A stretch of DNA of 64,000 nucleotides, taken from Azolla caroliniana (Eukaryota; Plantae; Polypodiophyta). Under the pieces are notes generated by a model. The model was not told the DNA's origin and ran no database searches. It saw only the letters and a program-made list of their open reading frames with translations. This document shows positions 23,946 through 37,510 of this stretch, piece after piece. The stretch's first letter is position 1, and each line of letters begins with the position of its first letter. The position numbers and the translations under genes were made by a program. Location of the stretch: positions 2,108,001-2,172,000 of the forward strand of contig JBHGNT010000017.1 of assembly GCA_043228905.1 (NCBI GenBank), written 5' to 3'.

Positions 23946-26900
23946 AAAGACGGAGCCAGTCACGGGATAACCGAATCTGCAACTATTGCAAGAAACCCGG
24001 ACACATCAAAGCCGACTGCCGCGCACTCAAGAACAAGAACAACAAGAAGAGTGGCCGGCATGAGGAGATCAATTACGTCAGCTTCTCAGCTGATGTGCTA
24101 CCAGACGACCCGAATATACTATCAATCGAAAATCCAGTCGGATCAGAAGTTCTGCTCACGACTGAAGAATCGAGCACATGGCTCTTAGATTCGGGCGCGT
24201 CATTTCACGTGACTCCTCATCGATCCCAATTTCGGCAATATACGATCCGTCACTCCGACTCAGTTCGAGTCGGCAACTCGCAACACTGTGACATCATCGG
24301 AATCGGCACAGTAGAGCTCAACCTTGCAGGTGGCTCTACACTTGTACTCCACAATGTCCGACATGTACCCGAGCTCTCAAGGCCATTGATCTCAGTCGGA
24401 CAACTAGATGAAGACGGCATTCGTGCCGGTTTTTCTTCGGGAGGGTGGACACTCCACAGGGGGAACCTCCTGCTTGCTAGAGGACCCAAGATACACTCAA
24501 TGTATCCGTTACATGTTACGCTCAGAGAGGGTAACCTGTTTTTGGTGGATATTCCTGTGTCATCACTATGGCACAGAAGATTAGGACACCTCAGCAAGGC
24601 CGGCATCACGCATCTATCTAGAGCCGGATACATCCCCAAACTCTCCTTTTCCGACCATCAATTCTGCGAGCATTGCCAGTATGGCAAACAAGCAGCCGCA
24701 TCACACCCGACATCAGCACCAAGAGAAACGAGACCTCTCGATTTAGTCCATTCGGACGTCTGTGGCCCAATGCCGCATCAGTCTCTAGGCGGTGCCTCTT
24801 ACTTCGTCACTTTTATTGACGATTCGACTCGAAAGGTGTGGGCTTATCCGATTCGCACCAAAGATCGGGTCTTCTCGATCTTCTCCGATTGGCTCGCTAT
24901 GGTAGAAAATCAAACCGACCGAAAACTGAAATGCTTTCGGACCGACAATGGGGGAGAGTTCAAATCAGAAGAATTCGTCAAATTCTGCCGACAACGCGGC
25001 ATCCGACGTGAATTTACGGCACCACACAGTCCGGAGCAAAACGGGATTGCCGAACGCATGAATCGGACAATCCAAGAACGGATAGTTTCCATGCTCCAAC
25101 ACTCCGGACTGTCGGATGGCTTCTGGGCAGAGGCTCTACTCACGGCAGTACACATAATCAATATGTCGCCAAGTAGACCTCTAGGACTTCAAATTCCTCA
25201 GGAACTATGGATCGGCAGTAAGCCGAATTACGACAAGCTGAGGATCTTCGGATGCGAGGCGTACGCCCTTATTCCGAAAGATGATCGCCGAAAACTTGCA
25301 CCTCGGTCCAGGAAATGCATTTTCCTTGGATATGGATCCGACGGCGAAATGGGATACCGACTCTGGGATCCCGAACGCAAACAAATCGTCCGAAGTTCGG
25401 ACGTTGTGTTCAACGAGTCGGCTATGAATCCATCAGTCGAAAAACCGATCGAAGTCCGAAGGGTAACATTCTCCGATGTGCCGACCCTTCAAGAAGGCCC
25501 CGCTCTCAACACACGGTCAGCTTCACGGGTAGCTGAACCTTACACTACCGACTCGGACAACCCCGACTCGGCACAGCAGAACAATCCGCTTTCGGACCAT
25601 CCGACCCCGATACCCGATGCGACCAGTCCAATCATACCTCGACGATCCGAGAGACTGTCGCAACCTCCGGAGAGGTACACTCCTGGAATTTTCTTCACCG
25701 ACGCCGGCGAACCGACGTCTTACGAAGAAGCATCGACATCTGTCGATTCAGCCACCTGGCATCTGGCGATGGAGTCGGAAATGCACTCCATTCGGGCAAA
25801 CAAAACTTGGGATCTGGTCGAATTACCTAGGAACCGACGTGCTCTTCCTTGGAAGTGGGTTTATCGACTAAAAGAGACGTCTGATTCGACCACCCCAAAG
25901 TACAAGGCCAGATTAGTTGCGAAGGGCTTCCGACAAGAATATGGCGTCGACTTCGACGAGATTTTTTCACCAGTGGTGAAAATGACAACCCTTCGTTTTC
26001 TACTCGGCGTAGTGGCAGCCGACAACTTGGAGCTAATTCAGCTAGATGTCAAAACAGCCTTCCTCCACGGTGATCTTGACGAGGAAATTTATATGGAGCA
26101 GCCAAAAGGCTTCGTTGCTACTGGCCAAGAACATCTAGTCTGCCGACTCAGGAAGAGTCTATACGGCCTCAAACAGGCACCGCGACAATGGTACAAGAAG
26201 TTCGACGACTTCATCCAATCGATCGGCTTCTCAAAAAGCGATGAGGACCATTGTCTCTTCACCAACACAGCTCAAGATGGATCACCCATCTTCCTCATCA
26301 TTTACGTGGACGACATGCTAATCTCTGGACGCCACGCGGGCGAACTTGCCGATCTCGTTCGGCAACTGCGGTTGAAGTTTGCCATGAAGGACCTCGGTCC
26401 GGCACGACACATCCTTGGCATGAAGATTAGTCGGCATCGCGGTAAACGACATCTTTTTTTGTCTCAGACCGACTATACCGGACGTGTCTTGGAACGCTTC
26501 AACATGCAATCAGCCAAATCTGCTTCAACCCCGCTCCCCATGAATCTTCGGCTCTCTCAGCGAGACTGCCCGACATCCGGTCCGGAGGGGGAAGATATGA
26601 AGTCGGTACCATATGCACCGGCAGTCGGCTCCCTTATGTACCTGATGGTCGCGACACGGCCTGATATCTCTCACGCCGTAGGAGTCGTTAGCAGATTTAT
26701 GCACAATCCTAGCCGATCGCATTGGAACGCAGTCAAGCATGTGTTCAGATATCTGGCTGGCACAAAAGACCACGACATTCTTTTCGGTCCGAACCGAACC
26801 TCAGGCGTAGTCGGTTACACCGACTCGGACTTCGCCGGCTGTATAGACAGTCGGAAATCAACAACCGGATACTGCTTCAAATTCGGCAATGGAGCAATCT

Positions 26901-27286
26901 CGTGGAAGTCGAAACTTCAGGAGTGCACAACGACCTCAACGACCGAAGCAGAATATGTAGCTGCGTCCGACGCAGCAAAAGAAGCCTTGTGGCTCGGTCG
27001 GCTGGCGCACACGTTTCGACAAGTCGACCATGACTCGGCCCCAGTTGTCTATAGAGACAGTCAAGGTGTTGTTGCCTTGTCGAGAAATCCGGTTCACCAC
27101 AACGCCTCCAAACATATCGACGTTCGATATCACTTCGTTCGGGACTGCGTCATTTCAGGGAAAATCGGTCTAGAGAAAATATCCACAACCGACAATGTCG
27201 CAGATGGAATGACCAAGTGTCTTTCGGCAGACCGCTTTCGGTCTCTTCGGCATCAGATGGGCGTAACGACAAACCAGTCCGGTTAG
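23946..27286 (+). CDS. Copia B polyprotein, open from zinc knuckle through PR, INT, RT and RNaseH
   Basis: CNYCKKPGHIKADC, WLLDSGAS, HSDVCGP..DNGGEF..QNGIAERMNRTI, YVDDML, KHIDVRYHF. Confidence 0.9.
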
Positions 27287-27656
27287 AGCCGGACACAGAG
27301 CAGGATGGTTCCCGACAACCGACATCAGTTCCCTAATGATCGGCTTCAACTGTTCCGACCCGACCAGTTCGGTCTTCTGCCTTCGGACCCTGCCGACTCG
27401 AACAAAGCTGATATGTCCGAGAACCTAAGTCTATACCTGTAATCTTAGATAACCCATGTATACGCCCATTACGGGGGAGTGTCGAATACAAGTGTATAAT
27501 GGACGTATTCACACTATCCCTTTGAGCCATTTGTGTAATTAGCATAAATGGTAGTTGCCCTAAGTCGGTCACTATATATAGTGACCTTGTAACCTTTTTG
27601 TAAGGTTGGATGTTGTATTATTGCTTTGTGGAATAGAGAGTCTTTTGTGTGTGTGT

Positions 27657-27700
<44 letters not shown>

Positions 27701-27784
27701 AACGACCTAGAAACTGTTATACGCAGGTAAAGAACAGAATCGAATGCTTCTTGATCTTCCGCACAGACGACTTCGTCTCCAACA

Positions 27785-29222
27785 ATCAACTGGGGTACGT
27801 GGCTGAAAACCATACATCAACATAAAAGGACTATATCCAATGGATGTATGTTTAGAGCTATTATAGGAAAATTCTAAGATAGGAAGGTATTGCTCCCACT
27901 TAGAAGGGGTTTTTTCTACATAAGCTCAAAGCATGTCCTCAATAATTTGATTAACTCGTTCAGTTTGTCCATCAGACTGAGGATGATCTGCGGAACTCAT
28001 GCTCAATGTAGTTTCTAGTTTCTTAAAGACCCGAGTGCAAAAGTCACTAGTAAACTTGGAATCTCGATCACTAACAATGTCCATCGGTGATCCATAAAAG
28101 CGAAATAACTCATCAACAAATTGATAAGCCAATTGTTGAGCGATTACCGTGGTTTTGGTAGGAATAAATCTAGCCAATTTTGTTAGTCTATCAACGACAA
28201 CCCAAATGACATCATGACCCCCCTGTGTACGAGGTAAACTAACAATAAAAACCATCGAGATACTTTCGTATTTGTTGTTGGGAATATCTAAGGGATGTAA
28301 AAGACCCGCAACTTTAAGTCGTTTTGACTTATTAATCTAACATTGTAAGCATATAGTTACGTATTTATGCACGTCAGAGCACATCTTAGGCCAGAAAAAA
28401 GTACTCGAGATGAGAACGAGTGTGTGTTGTATTCCAAGATGACCAGCAGATGGTGCATCATGACATTCATGAAGAATTTTCTGTTTTACATTTGGCAAAT
28501 CTGGAACACAGACCTTTCCACTACGGTAGAGCAAACCGTTTGTAATGTGAAAGGTCGCCTTCGAGGGTAGGGTGCTAGTATCAGCATCTAAACTAGATTC
28601 AACTTTCGTCCAGTATTCCGAAAAATAACTGTCATCAAAGTATTTCCCTCGAAGGTGATCTAAAAGATCATATTTTATTTCCATGAAGCTAAGCATGTTA
28701 ACTTCTTTAATGCGATTAAGAGCATCCACAACATTGTTCATAGAACCCTTGCGATACCGTATGGAAAAATCAAAATCTTGCATAAGGTCAGCCCAACGGC
28801 CTTTACGACCAACAAGATCTAGCTTGTCACAAAAATACTTCAATGATTGACGGTTTGTTGTGACCACAAATTTATTTTCATAGAGATAGCGTCTCCATAT
28901 TTTAAGTGCATGTATTACCGCAAACAACTCTTTCTCTTGAACTGAATACCGAGATTGAGCAAAGCTTCTTACTTTCAAAAGCAATAGGGTGATCGCCTTG
29001 ATAAAGAACGACACCAATAGCATAATCACTAGCATCGATTTCGTTTGAGAAAGACTTAGAAGGGTCCGGTAATAGAAGAGTGGGAGCCTGTCACACATGC
29101 TCTTTGAGTGTCTCAAATGATTTGTCAGGTTGTTCATTCCATGCAATTGGTTTGATAGACTTACATGGATGACATTTTAAAAGGTCAGTTAATGGCGTAG
29201 TCAATTTGGAATAGTTACGAAT
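27785..29222 (-). pseudogene. Gypsy A RNaseH-integrase fragment
   Basis: YSVQEKELFAVIHALKIWR, HECHDAPSAGHLG, VVVDRLTK, SDRDSKF, HPQSDGQTERVNQ; frame is broken. Confidence 0.9.
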
Positions 29223-29522
29223 TGTTGAGAGATCAAGCTCAACTTAGTTTAGTTAGTTAGTCAACCATGTAACTTCGTAGTTACCTAGATAGAATCTAGT
29301 TAGAAGTGTTGACTATAATGCCTTAAATAGGACCTTGTACTTAAGTGGGATATTCTAGATCCTCCACTCCTAAGTACATTTAATATAGGACTTACACCTT
29401 AGTACCTATATTCCACTCACACATGTGCACCTTTGCACATGAGATGTATATATACCACATTGTGGGTATTTTTGTATTTTTGTATTTGTTACTCATCCCC
29501 CATCTTGTGTTGTTCATAAGTG

Positions 29523-29562
<40 letters not shown>

Positions 29563-31837
29563 TCACACACACATACACACACATATCACTTAATCTTCCG
29601 TTTATTAAGTTAATCACATAATTAGGTACTAATTAACCCTTCCTTAATTACTTACCTAACTTTTAACATGGTATCAGAGCGTCTGGTTTAGAAAATCCAC
29701 TAAGCCCACCCGACTCCGTGATTGTGTGTTCGAGACGCCGACGACAAAATCCGGCTATCAGCTATCGTAGTGCCGCTACGTAGCACGTGTACGTAATCGA
29801 AGGAAGAAAAGTAAAAGAAGAGAATACACAATCAACATGAACACACAAATGGATAGCTCGCTCCCTAGTGAAAAGCTAGACCGGAGCAATTATTCATCTT
29901 GGGAGTACAAGATGACCCAATACCTTGTCGGCCAAGGGTATTGGAACTACATCAACGACGCTCAAGAAAATCGACTCGACTCAAAGAATGCCGACTATGC
30001 AACATAGGAGCAAGCGGCGAGTCGAGTCATGTATTGCTTGGCAACATGTGTCCACGACCACATGCTTAGCCACATTCGAGATGCCAAGATGCCTAAAGAA
30101 GTGTGGGCGAACTTAAAGAAAATGTTCGCCGCCAACACGACCGCCCGAAAGCTTCAACTCCGACAAGAGTTGAATAACATTCGGCAAAAAGACATGTCCG
30201 TGTCGGACTACACCGCCAAGATCAAGAGCATTTGCAACTCACTTGGCTCCATCAAAATAAACGTCGACGAAGACAAGATCATTCAAGTATGCTTGGGTGG
30301 CCTCGCACAACGATTCGATCCATTACGGACGACAATGTTGGTGAGAAAAAACCCTCCTTCATTCTTTGACCTTCAATCTATGCTATTGGTTAAAGAGAAC
30401 AACGTTCGAACCAAAAGCAAGACATCAGAAGGACAAATGTTCTTCTTGAATTCGGACGGTGGCCGAGGAGGAGGTCACGACGGTAGAAGAGGTCAATTCG
30501 ATCCATCACACAAAGGGAACTCAAACCTTCACGGAAGCCATCAAGGAACCTTCGGCCGAACATGGTCGGCAAATGAGGCATGCAACTTGCAACTATTGCG
30601 GCAAAATCGGCCACCGCGAGGAGGAATGCCGAAAAAGAAGAAGCAAGTCGGCTTCCACAAGTCGACAACACACGAATTACGTCGTTAACTCCGAATACGA
30701 TGATTACGGTGGACTATTCGTAATGAGGCATAAAGCGAACTCTATGTCGGCCTCCAACTCCGCAAACACCTCCAACTCGGAAGATGTGTGGTTTGTCGAC
30801 TCTGGCGCCTCACATCACATGACATCTCCCGAAGAGTGGTTTCGTGATTTACGAACGCTGGATCGACCCGGCTTCATAGAGACGGGAGACGACACCACAC
30901 ACCCCATTCACCACATCGGCAATGTCCCATTCGGGAAAGAAGGTGAGAAAATTTGCATCAAGAATATCTTGCACGTGCCCACAATAACGAAGAATTTGGT
31001 CTCGGTCGGCCAAATCGTGGAGCAAGGCATGTAAGTCCGCTTCAACAATGAAGGTTGTTTCATTGAGAAAGATGGTCAACTCATAGCTAAGGGGTGGAGA
31101 GATGACCGAATGTTCATCCTTGATTTGAACGAGGTGAAATCGGCAATGTACACCAAAGGTCTCAAAACCGAGACAAGCATCGAGTTTTGGCACAAGAAAA
31201 TCGGCCACATAAACCTCCAACGGCTACGAGCGATGCAAACCAAGCAAGTCGTCATCGGACTTCTGACATTCGAGTCGAAATGAGTCGACCGAGTATGCGA
31301 AGCGTGTCAATTCAGCAAACAACATCGACTCCCATTCCCGAAGGAGAGCTCCTCAAGCAAAGGCATCCTCGACGTCGTACACTCGGATGTATGGGGACCG
31401 GCTCAAACGTTGACGATCGGCGGATGCCGATACTACATAACCTTCATCGACAACTACTCACGCTATGCGTGGATCTACCCAATGAAGAAGAAGAGCGAAG
31501 TGTTCTCCCACTTCCAAAAGCTCAAGGGGCAAGTCGAAAAAGAACCGATCGGCACATTCGATGCCTACTATTGGATGGAGGAAAGGAGTACTTCTTTGAC
31601 AAATTCACCTCCTACCTCCAAAGTGAAGGCATTCAGAGAGAATTCTCATGCCGACACACACCCCAACAAAATGGAGTAGTCAAAAGGAAGAATTGGCAAA
31701 TACTTGAGGTAGCACTCACCATGATGCATGAGAAGCACATGCCGAATTTCTATTGGGCCAAAGCGGCATCCACGGCCGTCTATCTCATGAATCGATGCAC
31801 CACTAATGGAGTGCATGAGCTAACTCCATACGACCTC

Positions 31838-32424
31838 TATTGAAATTCCGTGCTCGGCCACAACCGAGGAACAGGATCGATTCACAGAAAACGGGAAATA
31901 CAACAATGCACGAAAGACAATAGAGAGAAAGGTACACTGGATGTTTTACGTGGAAAACCCTAAATGGGAAAAACCACGGGAGCCTCAAACTCCAACTATC
32001 ACTATGAACAGGGATGTACACTGGTGAAGCTACAAGGCAACAACCTTGAGCTCACTGTCTTCGCCACAGGCGGCGGCAATACACAGAGGCAACGACCTCT
32101 TCGTCTCTCTCTCTCTCTCTCTCTCGGCTGCTCTCACTTCGCATGAAAATTAAGCAACAACCTCATAAAACTGTTTGCCCTAAGTCACATTTATACATAT
32201 ATGACTTTCGGGATATTTACAAATATAGCCCTGCATCCGGATCTCTCTCTCCGGGTACATTCGTCATCCGGCTCCGTAGCCGGGGTCTTCATCATCCGGA
32301 TCCGTATCCGGGTACTCTTCATCCGGCTTCATGCCGGGTACTCTTCATCCGGTTCCGTAACCGCAACCGGGCTTGCCGTCATTCATCTCCGGACATCCCA
32401 TCCGGAGGGACCGTAATCCCAACA
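31838..32424 (-). mobile_element. Solo LTR H (related to G LTRs) inside the integrase of E
   Basis: TSD ACCTC at 31833-31837 and 32425-32429; removing H restores TPYDLLFGRKP. Shares blocks with G LTRs. One terminus reads TA instead of TG. Confidence 0.88.
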
Positions 32425-34951
32425 ACCTCCTCTTCGGAAGGAAGCCGATCCTTTCGCACCTCAAGGTGTTCAGAAGCATTGCGAATGTACGCATCGCGAA
32501 CGAACAACGACAGATGCCCGACGCGAAGTCGGAGGAATGTATCCTCATAGGATACTCGTTCGAGAAGAAAGCATATAGATGTTACAACCCTTCTACCCGA
32601 GCGGTTCGGGTAAGTTGAGACGTAGTGTTCAACGAGTCCGCATCCTGGTATGCACTAGAGACAACTTTGACTCCGACTCCGCTCGACCCGGAATCCACCG
32701 AACAGAGGTAGAAGATGGAGATCGCTTCGAACACATGTTCGAAGAAAGTTTGATTACGGCAAAGCCTAGTGGGCCACAAGAGCCCCCATGCGACCCAAGC
32801 ACGTCGCGGCCAAGTATGAACTTGGAGAAAGGCAAAGGTAAGATGCCCAAATACGAAGTCGACCACCCCGATGACAATGATTCAGATGGATCGGCTCCCT
32901 CACTAGACAGTGAGTTTGGTGTACCCATCATGCGTACACCTGGAGTAAAGAAGGCGCTCACATCGGCGAGCAAAAAACTTTGACGCTTTTCTAGAGAGAA
33001 GAATCTCGTCACTCGGCTCGGCTACAACGAGTATATGGCCCATCATTATGCCTTCGTGATGAAGGTAGCGGCCGAACAAGAGCCCAAGAGCTACACTGAA
33101 GCGGCTCGTAACCCACGATGGGTGGAAGTAGTCGACCTTCACCCACACGCTACAAGCCTTCGTCACCAGCTTGAGGGGGAGGAACCGAGATTGCCATGAC
33201 GAAGAAAGTCGAAGGCCGAACGGAAGCACACGAAGCTGACGAAAGCCAAAGTGGATGTCAGACGCCTCACACTTGAGCTTGAGGGGGCGTGTTGAGAGAT
33301 CAAGCTCAACTTAGTTTAGTTAGTTAGTCAACCATGTAACTTCGTAGTTACCTAGATAGAATCTACTTAGATAGAATCGACCGGTTCTTCCTTTTGGCCA
33401 CCCCGTTTTGCTCCAGTGTGTATCTGCAGCTGAACTCTCTTCGAATTCCTTTTTGTTGCAGATAACTGTTGAATTGGCCGGAAAAATATTCTTTTCCGCC
33501 ATCCGACGGTAGGCACTTGATCTTCCTCTCCGTTTCTCATTCAACCAAGCTTTGCAGGTTCCGGAAACACTCGAAGACTTCGCTCTTCCGCTCAATGAGG
33601 TAGATCCATGTGTGCCGACTGTAGTCGTCGATGAAGGAGATGAAATACCGACACCCGCCAAGACTCACATTCTGTGTCGGTCCCCATACATCCGAATGAA
33701 TAAGGTCGAGCTTCTTACGGCTATGATTTCGTTTGGTGGGGAATGGAAGCCGGTGTTGCTTCCCGAGTTGGCAAGCTTCACATATTTGGGCCTTCCGGCC
33801 ACTGAACTTCGGCAAACCGAAAACAACTTGTTGTGTTTGCAGGTCTTGAAGCCTCCGGTAATTGACGTGGCCGAGCCGCTTGTGCCACAGGTCGATGTCC
33901 GATTCAACCTTCTGTCCTTTGGTGAACAAAGCGGTGCCTACGTCATTGGTGTCGAGGATGAACATCCTCCCGTCTCTACGCCCTTGCGCAATAATCCGGC
34001 CCTCCTCCTCGATGAAGCATCCAAGGTGCGTAAACCGCACCTGCATCCCTTGGTCAACAATTTGACCGATTGACACCAGGTTCTTCGTGATAGTCGGAAC
34101 GTGTATTACGTTCATCAGCTTCCCCCTCTGTCCAACGTGGCTCAAAGGGACTTCACCGACATGCACGATTGGGTGAGGAGTGCCATCTCCGGTTTCGACA
34201 ACTCCTGGTTGTCCCAGTTTCTCGAGGAAAGAGAACCACTCTTTGTGGTTCGTCATGTGATTTGACGCACCGGAATCAACGTACCACACTTCCTCTGATT
34301 TGGAAGTGGTCTTCTTCATCGAGTTAGCCTCATGTTTCATCACCAAGGTTGGCCCTTTACCGGCTTTCCCGGTTTTGGATCCTCCCGATCCTTTTGCGTA
34401 GTGCGAGTATTGTCAGTTCTCTCTGCTGGCCTTGCCGGATCTGGATATGTCCGAATTGGCACACTTCTTCCAGCACTCGCTTTCTCTGTGGCCCTTTTTG
34501 ACGGGAACCCAACGTTCCTTATGCGCAACGCTCGGCCACAACCGAGCTTAGAATGATACACAGAAAACGGGAAATAAAACGCGACACAAAGAAGGAGAGA
34601 ATACACAGGAGGTTTACGTGGAAAACCCCAAACTAGGGGAAAAAACCACGGCAGCCCACAGGCTGCAAACTGTCACTATGTAGGAATATACAACAATGAG
34701 TTCACTGAGGCACCGACCTCGTGCTCACAAATCTTCGCCATAGGCGGCGGTTACAACAGAGGCAACGACCTCTTTCTCTCTCTCTCTCTCTCTGTGTACA
34801 ATTACGCACACTAATCTCGTGCAAAATAGAAAATGACAACAACAACTAAAAGTTTGCCCTAAGTCATATTTATACTAATATGACTTTTTGGCTATTTACA
34901 GATATAGCCTCGATGGGCTCTCAGAAACATATTTACGAATATGTCCCTTCC

Positions 34952-35230
34952 TCCGGTTCTCACCGGGTCTGCGTCATCCGGCTCTCCGTAGCCGAGTGCT
35001 CCTCATCCGGTTCATACCGGGTCTGCACCATCCGGCTCTCCGTAGTCGGGTACTCCTCTTCCGGTTCTCATCGGGCCTGCACCATCCGGCTCTCCGTAGC
35101 CGGGTACTCCTCTTCCGGTTCTCACCGGGCCTGTACCATCCGGTTCTCCGTAACCGGGGTACTCCTCATCCGGTCTACACCGGGTCTGTATCATCCGGCT
35201 CTCCGTAACCAGGTCCACCTCATACGGATT
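34952..35230. repeat. ~57-bp CCGG-rich tandem array in U3 of the G LTR (also ~45315-45590)
   Basis: ccggttctcaccgggnctgcaccatccggctctccgtagccgggtactcctc repeated about 4.5 times. Confidence 0.85.
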
Positions 35231-37286
35231 TGGCCTCGGCCTAGTTTGTTCGTCGGCACTGTTCTTCTCCCTTCCCATCCGGAGGGACCTGTCTCCCAAC
35301 AAACTCCCCCTTCACTCCAGCATGGGATGTCTTACCAGTCTGATCCGCTTCCGGCATGCGTCCAGCTTGTCGGGTGTCAGCACTTTGGTCAACATATCTG
35401 ACCCGTTCTCGGCCGTGTGGATCTTCGTTAGTGCGAACTCCTAGTCATCTACTCTTTCCCGGATCCAGTGATATCTTCGCTGATATGCTTCGTCCGAGAA
35501 TGGTAGGCCGCATTCGTAGCAATGTGGATGGCACTTTGACTGTCGCAATAGAGTTGGTATTCCTCTTGCCGGATACCGAGATCTCCGATGAAGTCCTTCA
35601 TCCATAATATTTCCTTGCTGGCTTCCATAGCTGCCATGTACTCCGCCTTCGTGGTTGACAGTGCAACCGTCTTCTGCAACCTCGACTGCCACGAAATAGC
35701 TCCCCCTGCATATGTCATTACATGCTCGGATGTAGACCGGCTGGTATCCACATCAGCCGACATGTCCGAATCGGTAAAACCGTCCAGTTGAGGTTTTCCG
35801 GAGCCGAATCGGAGACACATATTTGAAGTGCCCTTCAAATACCGGAGTATCCATTTGACCGCGTTCCAGTGCTCCTTGCCGGGATTACTCATGAACCGGC
35901 TCACCACTCCGACTGCGTATCCAATATCCGGTCGGGTACAAACCATTGTGTACATCAAGCTTCCGACGGCAGAGGCATATGGAATCTTCATCATATCTGC
36001 CTTCTCTCCTTTCGTCTTCGGGCTTTGCTTGCCGGATAGCCTGCAGTTTGCCGGAAGTGTCGATCCGACCGGTTTCGCTTCTGACATGTTGAACCGGTGA
36101 AGCACCTTTGTCACATACTTCTCCTGTGACAGCCATAATTGCTTCACTGACCGGTCCTGAATGATGTGCATCCCCAGCATTTGTCTTGCCGGACCCAAGT
36201 CTTTCATTGAGAAGGTTCGGTTGAGAGCCTTCTTCAGCATCCGTATTTTTACTTGGTCTCGTCCGACGATCAACATGTCATCCACGTACAGGAGGAGTAT
36301 CAGGAAGTCCCCTCCTTCGAACTTCTTCACAAACACGCAGTGATCGGCCTGCGTCTTGTGGTACCCTTGATCGGTCATGAAGGAGTCGAACTTCCGGTAC
36401 CATTGTTGGGGAGCCTGCTTCAGTCCGTACAGGCTCTTCTTCAACCGGCATACCAGGTGCTCCTTCCCTTTCTCCACAAATCCTTCTGGTTGTTGCATGT
36501 AGATCTCCTCTTCGAGGTCGCCATGAAGGAATGTCGTCTTCACGTCCAGCTGCTCTACCTCAAGGTCCATGCTTGCTGCTATACTCAGCACCGTCCGGAT
36601 GGAGGTCATCTTTACTACCGGGGCAAATATCTCGTCGAAGTCCACGCCCTTCTTCTGCTGGAACCCCTTCACCACGATCCTGGCTTTGTATCTCGGGGGG
36701 TTGCTGGCATCTCCCGGTTTCAACTTGTACACCCACTTGTTTCGGAGTGCCCGCTTTCCTTTCGGCAACTCCACCAATTCGTACGTATGGTTCTCATGCA
36801 GGGAATCCATCTCGTCCTGCATGGCACTTAACCATTTTCGGCTGTGGGTGTCATCCTTCGCTTCTTTGAAGCTTTCTGGCTCCCCCTCATCGGTCAGCAG
36901 AACATGCTCTGCATCCGGAAATCTCTGGGGGGCCCTTCTCTCTCTGAGAGGATATCTCCGTCTTTGGGGTTCGGTAGCCGGCTCCTCCATTTGCTCTTCA
37001 TCCGAATCCGATTCGGGGTCTAGGCCGGTTCCGGTCTCAGCTTCCTCTACCTCTTCTTCTGCCGGTTCGGTATCCTCACCGTATCCGGTTGGTTCTTCGA
37101 GTGCTAACCGGTCTCTTGCCGGTTGGGTCTGCTCATCGTAGAGTCGATCCTTACCGGTCGACTCAGAGTTCATTATCTTCTTCTCCGACTCCCAGTCGGC
37201 GAGCATCTTGTCCTCCATGAAGATAATATCTCGACTCCGGAATACCTTCTTGTCGACCGGGTCCCACACTCGGTAGCCGAACTCAT

Positions 37287-37469
37287 TGTCGAATACATGT
37301 GTATAATGGACGTATTCACACTATCCTGTTTTGGCCATTTATGTAATTAGCATAAAGGGTAGTTGCCCTAAGTCGGTCACTATATATAGTGACCTTGTAA
37401 CCTTTTTGTAAAGGTTTTTTTTTGTTGGGTGTTGTATTATTGCTTTATGGAATAAGAAGTACTTTTGTG

Positions 37470-37510
<41 letters not shown>

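Larger units (their letters stand above)
19984..27784 (+). mobile_element. Copia (Tnt1/Tork-like) element B, young
   Basis: LTRs at 19984-20282 and 27480-27784 differ by eye only in (GT)n/(CT)n length. TSD ATCAA, PBS tggtatcagagc at 20285, PPT acgggggag. gag starts at ATG 20957 and is interrupted at 21462. Confidence 0.95.

Noticed and set aside
22073-27133. Numerous short antisense and alternate-frame ORFs repeated three times
   Set aside because: They are shadows of the near-identical copia pol sequences in B, C and D.
34880-35401. Repetitive ORFs (SSSGSHRACTIRLSVAGY)n in the G LTRs
   Set aside because: These are translations of the 57-bp U3 tandem array, open in several frames because of composition.
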